Positions 12,014 through 24,539 of a stretch of DNA of 64,000 nt are shown here, in pieces. The notes beneath the pieces are model-generated. The model was not told the DNA's origin. It saw only the letters and a list, made by a program, of their open reading frames with translations, and made no database searches. Position 1 is the stretch's first letter; every line of letters starts with the position of its first letter. Source of the DNA: Octopus vulgaris (lineage: Eukaryota); the NCBI GenBank assembly GCA_951406725.2, contig OX597830.1:69998001-70062000 (forward strand), given 5' to 3'. The position numbers and the translations under genes are program-made.

Positions 12014-12118
12014 AAATCCAAATATATTTGGATATTTACATAGGACCAAAATCCAAATATATTTGGATATTTACATAGGACCAAAATCCAAATATATTTG
12101 GATATTTACATAGGACCA
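12014..12118. repeat. 3 x 35-bp perfect tandem repeat, each unit containing an 18-bp palindrome
   Basis: Unit AAATCCAAATATATTTGGATATTTACATAGGACCA at 12014, 12049 and 12084. ATCCAAATATATTTGGAT is self-complementary. Confidence 0.95.
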
Positions 12119-12124
12119 AGGTCA

Positions 12125-12403
12125 GTCATGTGTCCTAGGAATCCTACGGCCGGTACTTGATCCGGTTTCCATGGGGTATAGTTGACCGAAATCAAAACCC
12201 CCTTCCGCGGAACGAGATGCCTGTCCATCGCAGGTTTAATGTCCTTGTTATTGCAGGGATTCATTTACAGCTGAGTGGGCTGGAGCAACATGAAATGAAA
12301 TGATTTTGTTGGAGAACACAACGTGCCTCCCGGTCCGAGGAACGTAACCTCGATCTCTCGATCGTCAGTGCAACACCCTAACCACTAAGCCATACACCTT
12401 CAC
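12125..12403 (-). mobile_element. Old tRNA-derived SINE (family D-like head, Meta-like body)
   Basis: Minus strand GTGAAGGTGTATGGCTTAGTGGTTAGGGTG...GCTCCAGCCCACTCAGCTG...CCTGCGATGGACAGGCATC...GAAACCGG. Confidence 0.7.
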
Positions 12404-12548
12404 ATATTTCCTACTATCTCCTCTTTGTTATTCACTCATACCAGAATCGAATGTTGTTGATACTGTTGTTGTTGTAGCTGCGATTTAGCGTCCCAAGTCA
12501 AACTTCGATTCGGAAAATCTATGAAGAAAGGTGTTGAAATGAATTTAA

Positions 12549-12886
12549 GGTACACGGACGGGATGCCGGGATGTCGAATGCACTTTTGCCGAAGGACAAG
12601 AAGCCGAACGGACACAATGCCGAACAGGCATGAAACCGAACGGACAAGATGCCGAAAAGACATACAAAAATTAAAATATATGATAACCTTTTTATTCCTA
12701 CAATATGACCATTTGGCGGACTGAACTGATCATTAAACTATGTAGGTAGGAATATTTTTTGTTTTTTTGCATTATTGTGTCCATTCACCATTGTATCCGT
12801 TTGGGTTTATGTCCACCGCTCGGTATTGTGTCCGTTCGGCTTCTTGTCCTTCGGCCAACGTGCATTCGGCATCCTGTTCGTGCACG
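12549..12886. mobile_element. Non-autonomous DNA transposon with long TIRs made of short subrepeats and an 8-bp TSD
   Basis: TSD GAATTTAA at 12541-12548 and 12887-12894. The arms share GCCGAAGGACAAGAAGCCGAACGGACACAAT in inverted orientation. Confidence 0.85.
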
Positions 12887-13769
12887 GAATTTAATCCTTA
12901 CTTTAATATACTGTCTATTCAGAACTGTGCATTTATATTATATTGCATACACATTTCTTACACGTTTTTTTATGGAACTAGAGCATGATTTGAGGGGGAT
13001 TTGGCTGCCACTTCTTGCTGGTGGAGCGACTGCGTAGGTGCCCCTTAGTTGGTTCTACTATCATATGCTCTACTTTTCTTTATTTCTGTCTCTTTGTATA
13101 TGTCACTTCTTATTCCATCATCCTGTAATTTTTATTTCTTCTGGAGGATAGAACTCAATCTATGAAAGATAACACCGAAGAGAAATTCTTTCCTTAACCC
13201 AAAGCATTTTAATGTAAGAATAAAACGACTTCAGGCTTCAACGTGTCTTAGAATTTTCTTCAAACGTACCATTATTCTTCCTCTGGTAACTACCATTATT
13301 TTCTGTTTCCATCATCATCCTTGTTAGCCTTGACTGGCTGTGTTTTATTTATTTATTTCCAAGATTCCAATAAATCTTTCATCGTTTCTTTCAACTCCCC
13401 TCCAGCATCTTCCAATCAAATTCTTTCTTTTCGCGCCTCCTTAAACCGTCTTATCTGTCAAGATCCAATAAAAACAAGTTGACAATCAACACTAAATATT
13501 TGGAACACTGGATTTGATTCTACTACACAGAACCATACATAAATCTATACAACACTATATTCTTCTGATATTTGAGAGGGGATAATGGCATTAGAAATAT
13601 ATATCTGGTTTGTCTTCGAGTAGAGACGGTGCTATCCAGTTAATATATGATGTCAAGAATCGAAAAGATTACACGTTTATGAACCAAAGTGTCTACTATT
13701 GTTGACTGGAAGATCCACTTATCACTTAGCATATAAACATGACGGTTCTGTATTATAAACCTAATATTC

Positions 13770-14010
13770 GTTGTAGAGGAAGCCTTTTAATAATACTCAA
13801 ATCTATTAAATACCCTTTTTATTTAAACTTGATTCATGAGGCACCAAAGATTTCGTCACACAACTGCGACCTTGTCACTGACATGGTTCTGTTGAAACTC
13901 TTGTACTGCGTTAGTGATTAATTCGCAGTTGTGAGATGAACTTTGGACAACTCATGAAATAAATATGAAGTGAATTTAACGGTTGGGTGTTAATAAATGA
14001 CTCTTGATTA
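13770..14010. mobile_element. Old palindromic MITE-like element
   Basis: TTCATGAG...CCAAAG...CACAACTGCGA pairs with TCGCAGTTGTG...CTTTGG...CTCATGAA, with imperfect outer arms. Confidence 0.55.
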
Positions 14011-14124
14011 TTCCGCAATGAAATTACTATAGTTTCAACACATGCACTCATACCAAGCCATTTGGCAACAGTACTATTAACACTCGTCGGTTATATGTAT
14101 GTATAAATATATATATATATATAT

Positions 14125-14320
14125 GATAGATCGTTAGCTACAACATACATTTTTTTCTCTCCTTGTTTCTCTCCTTGTTTTTTTTTCTGTGTATCTTTCT
14201 GTCGAAGAGCGTAGGCTCGAAACGTAAAAGACTTTTTCTATTCGTGAGCGCTATACTAATACATTTGTTTGTTTTGTACTCCACCTGCCTTCATCTTTTG
14301 TTTATTTTCGTAAACTTTCC

Positions 14321-14325
<5 letters not shown>
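14125..14325 (+). mobile_element. Short element between two (TA)n tracts carrying a minimal hammerhead-like motif; possible Penelope-like remnant
   Basis: 14194-14231 reads TCTTT-CTGTCGAA-GAGC GTAG GCTC-GAAACGTA-AAAGA. Confidence 0.55.
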
Positions 14326-14395
<70 letters not shown>

Positions 14396-14856
14396 CATAT
14401 ATGTAAAACGTTCGTTTCGTAAGCTTTGTGATGTAAGGCAGTATATTTTAGTATATGTTGTTGCACATTGGGAGGGACACTCAACCACTAAAAAATACGC
14501 TCTGCTTGTAGTTCACTGATTTATTGTTAATTAATAAATAAATTAATTGCTTAATTGATTATTGATTGCTTTGCCAAAATCGATCACCATAGAGGTCTGC
14601 CCTCCCACTCTCTGTCCTCCTGCAACCTGCTTTTTTATCATTCATGGTAGGTATTCAGTACGTATGTGTATATATATACGTGTGTATGTGTGTATGTGAG
14701 TGCGTGTGCGCGAGTGTGTGTGTGAGTGTGTGTGCGTGTGTGCGAGTGTACGTGTGTGTGCTTGTGTGTATGTTTAGTTGTAAATTGTTGGTGGTACCGT
14801 ATATTTAATGCGATGTACATGAGCACATGCTTTATATCTTCGCACGCTCATATACA

Positions 14857-14918
<62 letters not shown>

Positions 14919-15088
14919 CATACATATATACTTACATAAGTACTTATGTACGTACACACATACACAAAAATATTATTTATCTTTTACTTTTTTCAGTCAT
15001 TAGACTGCAGCCATGCTTGGCATATACATATATACGCGCGCACACACGCACGTACGCACAAAATCTAAACACACACACACACACACAC

Positions 15089-16032
15089 ATCAGGTCATCC
15101 TGTATGTTCTGTCCGAATTTCGAATAAAGAAAACATGTGATGAAATGTTATATTTAATTGAAATTTAATCATCAATGTACCTTCCCTGATTATCTATGAC
15201 TTCCTTCCATCTATTTACAAGCTTTTTAATCCCATCAATGTAAAACTCTTTTGGTTTCAAAGTGAAGAATTCTGAAATGTCAGTTTCGACCTCCTCCTGG
15301 CTTGCGAAAGTTATGTCCCCCAAAAGATTCTGTAAACTACGAAACAAATGGTAGTCTGAAGGAGCAAGGTCGGGAGAATAAGATGGATGAGGAATTTTTT
15401 TCCCAACCAAGCCCTTCGATCTTCTGTGATGTGATCTTTGCAATGTGGGGTTGTGCATTGTCCTGATGAAACATCACTCCTTTTCCATTCAGTAAAGCGA
15501 GTCTTTTTTTCTTCAAAGCTTGGTTCAAACGCTCTAATTGCTGACAGTAGACTTGAGCATTGATTGTTGTATTAGGTGGTAACAACTGAAAGTGAATTAT
15601 TCCTTTGCAATCCCGCCAGATAGAGAGAAGAGCCTTTTTTCCATGACGTTCCCTTCTCGGTTGTAGTTGAGCTTTTTCTCTTTTACCAAGCAACTGTTTA
15701 CGACGTTTGACATTTCGATAGAAGATCCATTTTTCGTCACCAGTTACAAGTCTATCCAAAAAGGGTGAAATGAGTTCGCGAGAATGGAGAGAAGAGCAGA
15801 TGTCAACTCAGGATTTGCGGTCGACTTCGGACAATTCATGAGGCACCCATTTCTCAAGCTTAGAAATCTTTCCAAATTGTTGAAGATGACGAACAGTTGT
15901 ATGGTTTGAACTAAGCTTTATTGCCAATTCTTCAAATGATAATGCAGAATTTTCCCATTAGATATTCTAAAATACTATTAAATTTCATTCAATTTTAAAA
16001 AAGGTAAAATCGGACACAACTTGTAGGATGAC

Positions 16033-16037
<5 letters not shown>
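15089..16037 (-). mobile_element. Mariner (DD34D) transposon, internally deleted, transposase frameshifted
   Basis: TIRs ATCAGGTCATCCTGTATGTTCTGTCCGA and (rc) ATCAGGTCATCCTACAAGTTGTGTCCGA. Motifs VTGDEKW, HQDNAQPH and HPSYSPDLAPSDYHLFRSL are split across ORFs 15337-15759 and 15165-15458. Confidence 0.93.
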
Positions 16038-16069
<32 letters not shown>

Positions 16070-16782
16070 ATACTTTTGCTGGTGTTTATCGTCATCTGAG
16101 AGGAGGTTTATCTGTGTAGTTGGTTTAACCTAATACCATCGTGTTTGTATTATTCTAGTTGAAATTCAGTTCAAATTCCGCTGAGGTCGTCTTTACCTTT
16201 CATCCTTTCGGGGTCGATAAATTCTGGGCTCGATATAGTCGACTGGTCCCCAAACCCCTGCCTATAGTAGAAAAGATTATTTTAGCTATAATGTTGAGTT
16301 ATTTATATTTCACTGTCGTGTTGGTGCTTTTCTGGGGCGTATTGTTACGCCACCCATTCTTACTACTGAGGTAGTGAAGAGTTTCCCAATCTGCTTTTAG
16401 CGTGTGAACTGTCTCAGTGACTTACCTGAATGTCGGATCCCGTTGGTGTCCTAAATGAAATGCTATTATAACTGTCTTTTATTGATCATTGTGTACATAG
16501 CGTGATTGGTGAGTGTAGATGTTGGTTTCTTCCCATTGTATTCTCACTGTGTTCTTTGCTCTTTTCACCTATACTACCGTCCATGTACCTTATGTATTTT
16601 ATATGGATGCTTCAATGTTTCCAAGCGTTTCATACTGAACAAAATGTCCCTAGATTTACTGTATATTTGAGCTTGATTGCGCGCACTTTGCAGTTATTGT
16701 TGGTATAGTTTTCTTCGGTCTCAAATGAGTATGATCTGTAAAATAGTTATTTAATGACCTATTAATTAATTAATTAATTATT

Positions 16783-17117
16783 TGTGAAGGCGCACGGCTT
16801 AGTGGTTAGAGCATCGGGCTCACGATCTTGAGGTTGTGAGTTAGATTCTCAGACCGGGCTGCGTGTTGTGTTTTTGAGCAAGATACTTTATTTTCATATT
16901 GCTCCAGTTCACTTAGCTGTAGAGATAAGTTGCGACGTCAATGGTGCCAAGCCGTATCGGTCTTTACCTTTCCCTTGGATAACACTGGTGTCGTGCAGAG
17001 GGGAGGCTGGTATGCATGGGCGACTGCTGGTCTTCCATAAACAACTATGCTCGGACTTGTACCTCGGAGAGGAACATTTTAGGTGCATCCCATGGTCATT
17101 CATGATCGAGGTGGTCT
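16783..17117 (+). mobile_element. tRNA-derived SINE, family D, full length
   Basis: GTGAAGGCGCACGGCTTAGTGGTTAGAGC head, TTGAGCAAGATACTTT, body GGTGCCAAGCCGTATCGG...GGGCGACTGCTGGTCTTCCATAAACAAC and tail CCCATGGTCATTCATGA. Confidence 0.85.
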
Positions 17118-17467
17118 TTACCTTTTACCCTTTAATTAGTTATTTAATGAATTTGTTTTTCTACTTTTTTCATTCTAAATTTAGCCTCACGCAGGGCTTT
17201 TCTAAATCTGTGTTCTAGTTTGTATCTGGGTTTAGCGGCGATAGTTCTAGTAGTGATGACGATGATGATGGTGCTGGTGGTGATGATGGTCATGATAGTG
17301 GTGATGAGGATACGATGGTGATGATAACGAAAAATGCTGTCACGCCAAAAGCCTGTCGTCTCTTTTAATTTTTCGATTCTAATTTTTCTTTCCAACTTAA
17401 CTCTCAATATATGCAGCTTGCTCCACCCGCAATAACCCCTACTTAATTCTACATTACCCTATTCCAG

Positions 17468-17603
17468 TATAAATACCCCTTCACTACCCCAATAATGCTG
17501 AGATGAGGATTGTATAAAGCTGACAACATAGAACATATAAATACCCCTTCACTACCTCAATAATGCTGAGATGAGGATTGTATAAAGCTGACAACATAGA
17601 ACA
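17468..17603. repeat. 2 x 68-bp tandem duplication
   Basis: TATAAATACCCCTTCACTACCYCAATAATGCTGAGATGAGGATTGTATAAAGCTGACAACATAGAACA occurs twice. Confidence 0.9.
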
Positions 17604-18299
17604 TCCAACCCAGATGACCAGGAATTTCTGAATGAAATACGCGCTCTACTAAATGGTTGTAGAAGTATAATTCCGAGTCTGTCTCGATGTTATGGCAAAA
17701 TTTTCAATAAATGAGGTAAAATGGTGTGAGAGGAGGTAATAAACTGCTTCTGAAAGATATGATGACCCTTGATGAGAAAATCATCATTACTGGATGATCT
17801 TATTCTATCAGCTTTATTCGAATATACCAATATTGTTCTTTAACCCCGGTGATAACAGACGTATACTACAAGTGACAGAAGTCCAGGTAGCTCTGTCGAG
17901 AAAACACGCAAGCATAGAAGTTATAGCTAGCTAATAATACCTTGTCCATAACACTCTTGTTTATAGATATAAAGAATTTGAGAAGGTTCTGTGTAGATCT
18001 GGTTTGATAGTGCCTTGGTCATTTAAATCATCCCTACCTGATGGCTGCATTAAGTGCGTCTGGCCTCTCTCCTATCTATAAAGGCCACACAGGGATCCTG
18101 TTAGCATTACGCATTCAGTTCAAAGAGGTTGCAACCATTAACCCCTTCAGTACTTTTCTGTTGCTTCTTGAAGCTTTGCTGTGTAAGTTAGATGCATTCA
18201 ACTTGAGTAGTGATACAATGGGTAGCAGTCTGCATATGTATTTTAAAGACCCTTTACTCAACTGTTCATGCGGAAAATAGATAAGAAACTCTAGTGGAC

Positions 18300-19651
18300 T
18301 TTAAGAATCATCACATCGCCCTCAGTGACGTGAGGATCAAGGTTCTCGGTGAAGGATACTGAGAGCTACAAAATGCTGATAACAGTCGCCGAGATAGGGT
18401 TGCTGGAAAGCGGCTGCCGAAAAGAAAATTACCTACCATATGACCTTTGCTCATATGTCAGACTTGTTCACCGCCTATTTGGTAGAATTCTACTGCAATT
18501 GGAGACAGAATGATATATTAGTTCTGTAAGCTGAGAGATGGTAGTGTTCTTGAAGAAGGGCGCGATCAAGTAAGGACGTCGTTGATAATTCCCGATTTAT
18601 GACTGCCGAATGCAGAAATTAAGATTATGGACGTATTAAGTAAGAGGTTACTGATTGTCATCGGGCAAACCTATCTAAATATGACAAATCTGGCTTTGAG
18701 GGTGATGGGCTGATAAATTTGAATGAATCGAAATATTTCGATAGATTCGACCATAGTCACTTAATGACCGTTCATAAATCAGTCGATATCGATCCATTTT
18801 CAGCAACATGATCATTTCAGTTTACAGGGGTATTTGTTCGGTGGTAAAACTGGTTACTTTACTTTTTTTTAAATCTGTTTCGGACCACGTGGTCGGTCCA
18901 TCAAGGGTATTATCTCACATCCCTTCTGTATCTACTGACACTCGAACTCCTGTCGAAAAAACTCTATGTACTGAAGAGGCATCCCATTTGAAAAGAAACT
19001 CGGAAGAACAATATCAGCATATACGGAAGACATCCCCGTTTTGGAGTCACACACCACATAAGACAAGGTGGTCACACTCTTCTATAGAGAGATGAAGCTC
19101 ATCAAGAAATTGGCTGGGAGGTTGCTGTCTCTGAAAATTTGGTCAGAGGTAGCGAATATAAACATTTTTCTCATTACATATTACGGTTAAGCTTCAAACT
19201 TTGCTCCGATTTTCGTCTGATCAATATCTGTGTTTTTGCTTCTTTTGAAAGGGGCATGCTCTACTGGTCGAGCAGTCATTTGCTACCAACACCCTTTGCA
19301 CTCAGTGCCTGATGATGCGCAGACATGCGCTACGGCTGTGTAACGTAGAGAAATTCATGGATTGGGATCTCTGCTGGTAAACCATTTTCAGGCACGTTTT
19401 TCTGTACGTTTTTCAGGCACGTTTTTCTTTGACGGTGATACATTTTTTAGTGAAAAGAAGACAATGACTAGTCTTCTATAGAATGATAACTTTCACATTA
19501 ACATATACAAAACTGATGATGAGAGAAGAGCGATGATACTCTCGGGGAACTGTGGGTCAACGAGGACGAACGGTTGGTCTGTTCTGGAGGATTTTCGGCT
19601 CGCAGCTTCTAGAATCATGTTTTGGATTTTCCTTTTCCCGAAAAGGACAAG

Positions 19652-19736
<85 letters not shown>

Positions 19737-20050
19737 GTATTTATGACAAAAGAGGTTGTATAGTGGACGCGACTGAAAAGACTAGAGAGGACAGTGTCAT
19801 CTTTGGTTCGGTTCTCATCAACTTGAAAATGAAGGTGGGAAAAGGGATGTTCCAACCTCTGAAGATATATTGAAAGGTGAGTGTGAGTGGTGAGCATAAC
19901 TCAGGTAACTGAACCTACTCTCAGCACCTGCATGTAGGCTGTAGAAGGATTGCTGGGTGAGGGCAACAACTGTTATTGGCCAGGACGATTATGTATCTAT
20001 GGGACCTCTAATTGGCTTTAATTGGATAATAAACTCCTCCGTAGGGTGCC
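18300..20050 (+). pseudogene. Highly decayed L1/Tx1-like LINE ORF2 (reverse transcriptase and downstream region)
   Basis: Fragments in shifting frames: LPNAEIKIMDVLSKRL (cf. LLNxDxKIL..L..RL), LINLNESKYFDRFDH (cf. LD..KAFDRVDH), SVHQGYYLTSLLY (cf. RQGCPLSPLLY) and SAYTEDI (cf. YADD). Confidence 0.8.
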
Positions 20051-20128
20051 TTTTTCCTCGTTGCATCAATTACCATAGGTACGATTTTCAACCTTGCGTT
20101 CAACAGTTTCTTAATGTATATGCATGCT

Positions 20129-20467
20129 GAGACCCCCTTCGGTCATGAATGACCATGGGATTGCACCCAGAAAGTTACCTTCCCGGGCACAAGTTGAGGC
20201 AAGGTTGTTTATGGAAGACCAACAGTCGCCCATGCATACCATCCTCCTCTCTCCACGCCACCAGTGTTAGACAAAGAAAAGGCAAAGGGGCCGATACAGC
20301 TTGGCACCTGTGATGGCGCAACTCATTTCTACAGCTGAGTTAACTGGAGCAAAGTGAAATAAAGTGTCTTGCTCAAGAACACAACACACAGCCCAGTTCG
20401 GGATTCGAACTCAAAACCTCACGATCGTAAGCTCGACGCTCTAACCACTGAGCCATGCGCCTTCACT
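20129..20467 (-). mobile_element. SINE family D, full length
   Basis: Reverse complement of the 16783 copy, with B box GTTCGAATCC. Confidence 0.88.
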
Positions 20468-20502
20468 GTATATGCATAGGTCCTGATAAATCAGTATTCT
20501 TA

Positions 20503-20853
<351 letters not shown>

Positions 20854-20864
20854 CCGGATCCCGG

Positions 20865-20927
<63 letters not shown>

Positions 20928-21009
20928 GTCGCTGTTGTTGCTGCTGCTGTTGTTATTGTTGCTGCTGCTGCTGCTGCTACTGCTATCCACATCGCAGACT
21001 GATACTGTA

Positions 21010-21600
21010 TCAGGCTTATGCTCCAAAGTGGAAGTCATGAGTAACGATTAACGACTTTTGGGATTCTTTCGTCAATCCAATTTTCGAAAAACTTCCTTAA
21101 AATCCTTGCAATTCTATTCGAATGTCGATTACAGTTTCTTTCTTTTCTTTTTTTTGACTGTGCCACGAGTACCCTAGAGTAGTGGCGCAATGTCGACATT
21201 TTTTCCACGCCCCACACAGTCAAGCAACTTCTCTTTTGTGGCCACGATATTTCTGAATGCTTTTTTTTTTTTGTTTCTCTATCTCATCCCTTCTCACACT
21301 CTCCGTTGCCACCAGGAAATGTTATGTCAGTTACTGTGCAATGTCATTTCTTTTGTAGACGATAACAATATCTGGTTCTCTTACCTCAATCAACCGATCG
21401 CATTCAGTGTTGAAATCCCATAATAACTTCATTATCTTTCATTGCATCACATTGAGGATCACATTCCCCATAACCTTTGTTCAAATTATATTTTCCACGT
21501 AGTTTCTATTAAAACAATACATGCAATATTGTCGCGCTTCCCTTTGTAATATTTTTATGCAAGTTTTCTACATACTGTCACCATAAAAAGCTAATGCATT
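21010..21600 (-). pseudogene. 3' fragment of an R4/Dong-like (restriction-like endonuclease) LINE
   Basis: Minus strand ECDRLIEVREPDIVIV (cf. TDR.IEARRPDIV) and RIARILRKFF (cf. GTARILRKVL). Confidence 0.7.
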
Positions 21601-21884
21601 CACCTGTTTTTTTTTTCACCATAAATCGATATAAGGACGATTCAACAAAATGTATCGATACTTTGATAGTTCACCTATTTTGTACTAAGACCCTCCTTCT
21701 CATTCTCCTTCTCCTCCTCCTCCTCGTCATCGTCGTCGTTGTTGTCGTAATCAGCATCATCATCGTCTCTCTTTAGTGGCTATGGCGAAAGTTTTTGTTC
21801 GGTGGACAAGGCCCAGAGGGTTCTATGGCATTCTTGATATACTGCCCCAACCTATTTTCATCTAAGCATATACAACTTATTCAT

Positions 21885-21934
<50 letters not shown>

Positions 21935-22039
21935 GTCGCTGCTGTTGCTGTTGTTGTTGCTGCTGCTGCTACTACTGCTACAACTGCTACTGCTATCCAC
22001 ATCGCAGACAGACACTGAATAACCAAGCACGTCGAAACA

Positions 22040-22240
22040 AAATTTGGTTTAAAAAAAATGTAGAGTAATATTCCTGACGAGGGGGCAAGTCAACAGACTT
22101 GAAGGTATTGAATTACCATTTAAGGAAATCATGAAAAGGATTGATGATACATGGGCATATTGGAGATGAGTGAAGTGGTGGAAAAAGAAAGGAAGAAAAG
22201 ATTTTCCGAGAATATCTCCGAAGACTTAGAGGACAGACAC
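22040..22240 (+). pseudogene. R4/Dong-like RT fragment, paralogous to 26940-27300
   Basis: EGIELPFKEIMKRIDD...EYLRRLR, with DNA similarity to 26970-27115. Confidence 0.55.
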
Positions 22241-22678
22241 TATGTTTGATCGAGTGCTCATTGAGTTTACAAGTTTCATTTGGAATGGAATGTGTGGCGG
22301 GAGGAATTTGTCAAAATGTAGATGACTAAGGCAAAAATGGCTGGGGTTGAATTGAACTATGGTAAGCGTACACCTGCAGCTTGGAGAACAACAGTGGGGC
22401 GAAAGCCTGTGTTCCTGTTGGTCAGGGAGATCCTGGATCTGAGGGGCTCATTGATTAGGCCTAGTTGGAGATTTTCCTGAATCAGGCGGACTGTATCATC
22501 CATGTCTTCACTTATTTTGTATGCCATGAATACTTTTTTTTTCTCATTTCCTTCTTCTCTCCCTTTCTTCCACTCATCTTTTTATGTATATTACCAAATG
22601 AATTTTCCAAAAATTACCAAATAAATTTTAAACTGTTCTTGTAATGCTCCTTTCATCAGATGCCTCAATAGCAAACAG

Positions 22679-22747
<69 letters not shown>

Positions 22748-23179
22748 CGTCATCGTCATCATCATTATTGATGTTGCTGTTGTAACTTGGTATAATCGGG
22801 TGAGCGGCGTATAGAATGTCTTGTGACATTTACTTACTGCTACATTCACTTACGCTTCCTTTTGTTTAATTGTTTAAACATTCTTTTGTTTAATTGCTTA
22901 CCCTTAATTAAATATGGCGGCTCAAACAAAACGTGAGCAAATTGTAGCATTGAAAATGGCAGGTGTAAAGAATTAAGGCCTATGTGGAAAGCAAAGGATA
23001 GCCATTTTGAACTGTAAATATATCTAAAATATTATCAATAAAGTATAACAATCAACCTGTAAAATTTCGTTGACCCAAACCTAAAACTTTTTATTTTATG
23101 ATAAAATAGATAATGGAAAAATATATATGCGCCGTACCCTGTACAACTTTGTACGTTCTGAATTCTTAACCATCACGGT

Positions 23180-24015
23180 CTACTTACATCCTTGCAGGTT
23201 CCTTAAAAGAAGTGTGCACCATATAGTGGAGATCTATCTAATCGAATGTTTCCTCCTTTCAAATACTTAGCCTTGTAGCTGCATAGACAAATGATTAGCG
23301 ATCTGTACAGTTAACTTAGTCAAGATCAATAAACAAGGTCCCGATTACTGGAGAAACTCGATGCATCTTTCTCGACACACACGGAAACGTTCTCGGATCG
23401 GATTAGTGAATTTATCAAAAAAGAATTGACAAGTGCAATTATCAATAGCTGAAGGAGGGTCTCGTTAAAAACTAAAATTGAAACAGAATCTGTTAGTTTT
23501 ATCAGAAATGTATCGATGGAGAACAGGAGATTAAAAGAGGTGGGTATGCACCTTGATAAGAAGAGGTTATGAGAAAAGACAACGGTCCTTGTCGACTTCC
23601 TCGTCACTAAACACAAAGGATGCATTGCTCGTATGACGGTACGTTTTCTGAAAGGCGAAGGAAACAAGTCGAGGTAACTAAACCGAATCTTGCTCTTTCG
23701 CAGATTGCAACGAATGCACCTGTTCTATTCCAGCAAATGTGAGAGCGAAATTTTTCTTTTTCTCGTTTCTTCTATTCTTTTCTTTGGTGAACTAGACCCA
23801 GCGAACTCAGATACCTATCTTGACAATTTTCTACAACTCTCTGCTGAAGACGCAGAATCTTGTGAAAAATAATTTCATTTTGAGCTGATGAAGCAGCAGA
23901 TCTGCTGAATGGCTGTGCGATGGGAAAATCGCCGGGACTGGATGGTCTGCCCTACAACCTTCTTTGTCACATGCTGAGTTTTGTCGATGCTGTTTTGGCA
24001 GCCGTCTATTTCAAG
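23180..24015 (+). pseudogene. Decayed L1/Tx1-like ORF2 (end of endonuclease, linker, start of RT)
   Basis: GPDYW..LDAS (cf. GYWKLN.SLL), YLDNFLQLSAEDAESCEK and GKSPGLDGLPYNL...VLAAVY. Confidence 0.8.
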
Positions 24016-24337
24016 CGGTAGTAGCCAAGTAGTAGATAAGTCTAAGCTGAATAGTGATTTTCCGAAACTAGTTTCTTTGACGGAACTGCAGTTGTGTGAT
24101 TGTGAGTTTGGCGAGTGGAATGTTGCCAGACGCGCACTGCTCATTGATTGCTGGACTGTTAACGGTGGAACGTCGTCGATTCACCGTTTTTTTTAATAAG
24201 ATAATTTTGAATTATCAATGGTGAACTACTATGGATATATTTTCTCACTGTCACCCTCTGTGTCATGCTGAATCTACCCGAGAACTACGTTAAGGGTACA
24301 CGTGTCTGTGGAGTGCTCAGTCACTTGCACGTTAATA

Positions 24338-24530
24338 AATGAGCTGCGACATCACTGGTGCCAAGCTGTATCGGACTTTGAATTTTCCCTTGGATAACAT
24401 CGGTGGCGTGGAGAGGAGAGGCTGGTATGCGTGGGCGACTGCTGGTCTTCCATAAACAACTCTGCCCAGACTTGTGCCTCGGAACGTAACCTTCTAGGTG
24501 TAATCTCATGGTCATTCATGACCGAAGGGG
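24338..24530 (+). mobile_element. SINE family D, 3' part
   Basis: GGTGCCAAGCTGTATCGG...CATTCATGACCGAAGGGG. Confidence 0.8.
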
Positions 24531-24539
24531 CGGGATCAT

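Noticed and set aside
12014-12118. CRISPR-like palindromic 35-bp direct repeats
   Set aside because: The units are contiguous with no spacers, there are no cas genes, and the context is eukaryotic.
15165-15759. Functional or domesticated mariner transposase
   Set aside because: It is frameshifted between the second and third catalytic motifs and the N-terminal DNA-binding region is largely deleted.
23135-23143. TACCCTGTA resembling the 5' end of miR-10/miR-993
   Set aside because: The match stops after 9 nt with no hairpin. It better fits a TACAGGG terminus of a Tc1-like relic (short MAAQTKREQIVALK ORF at about 22914).
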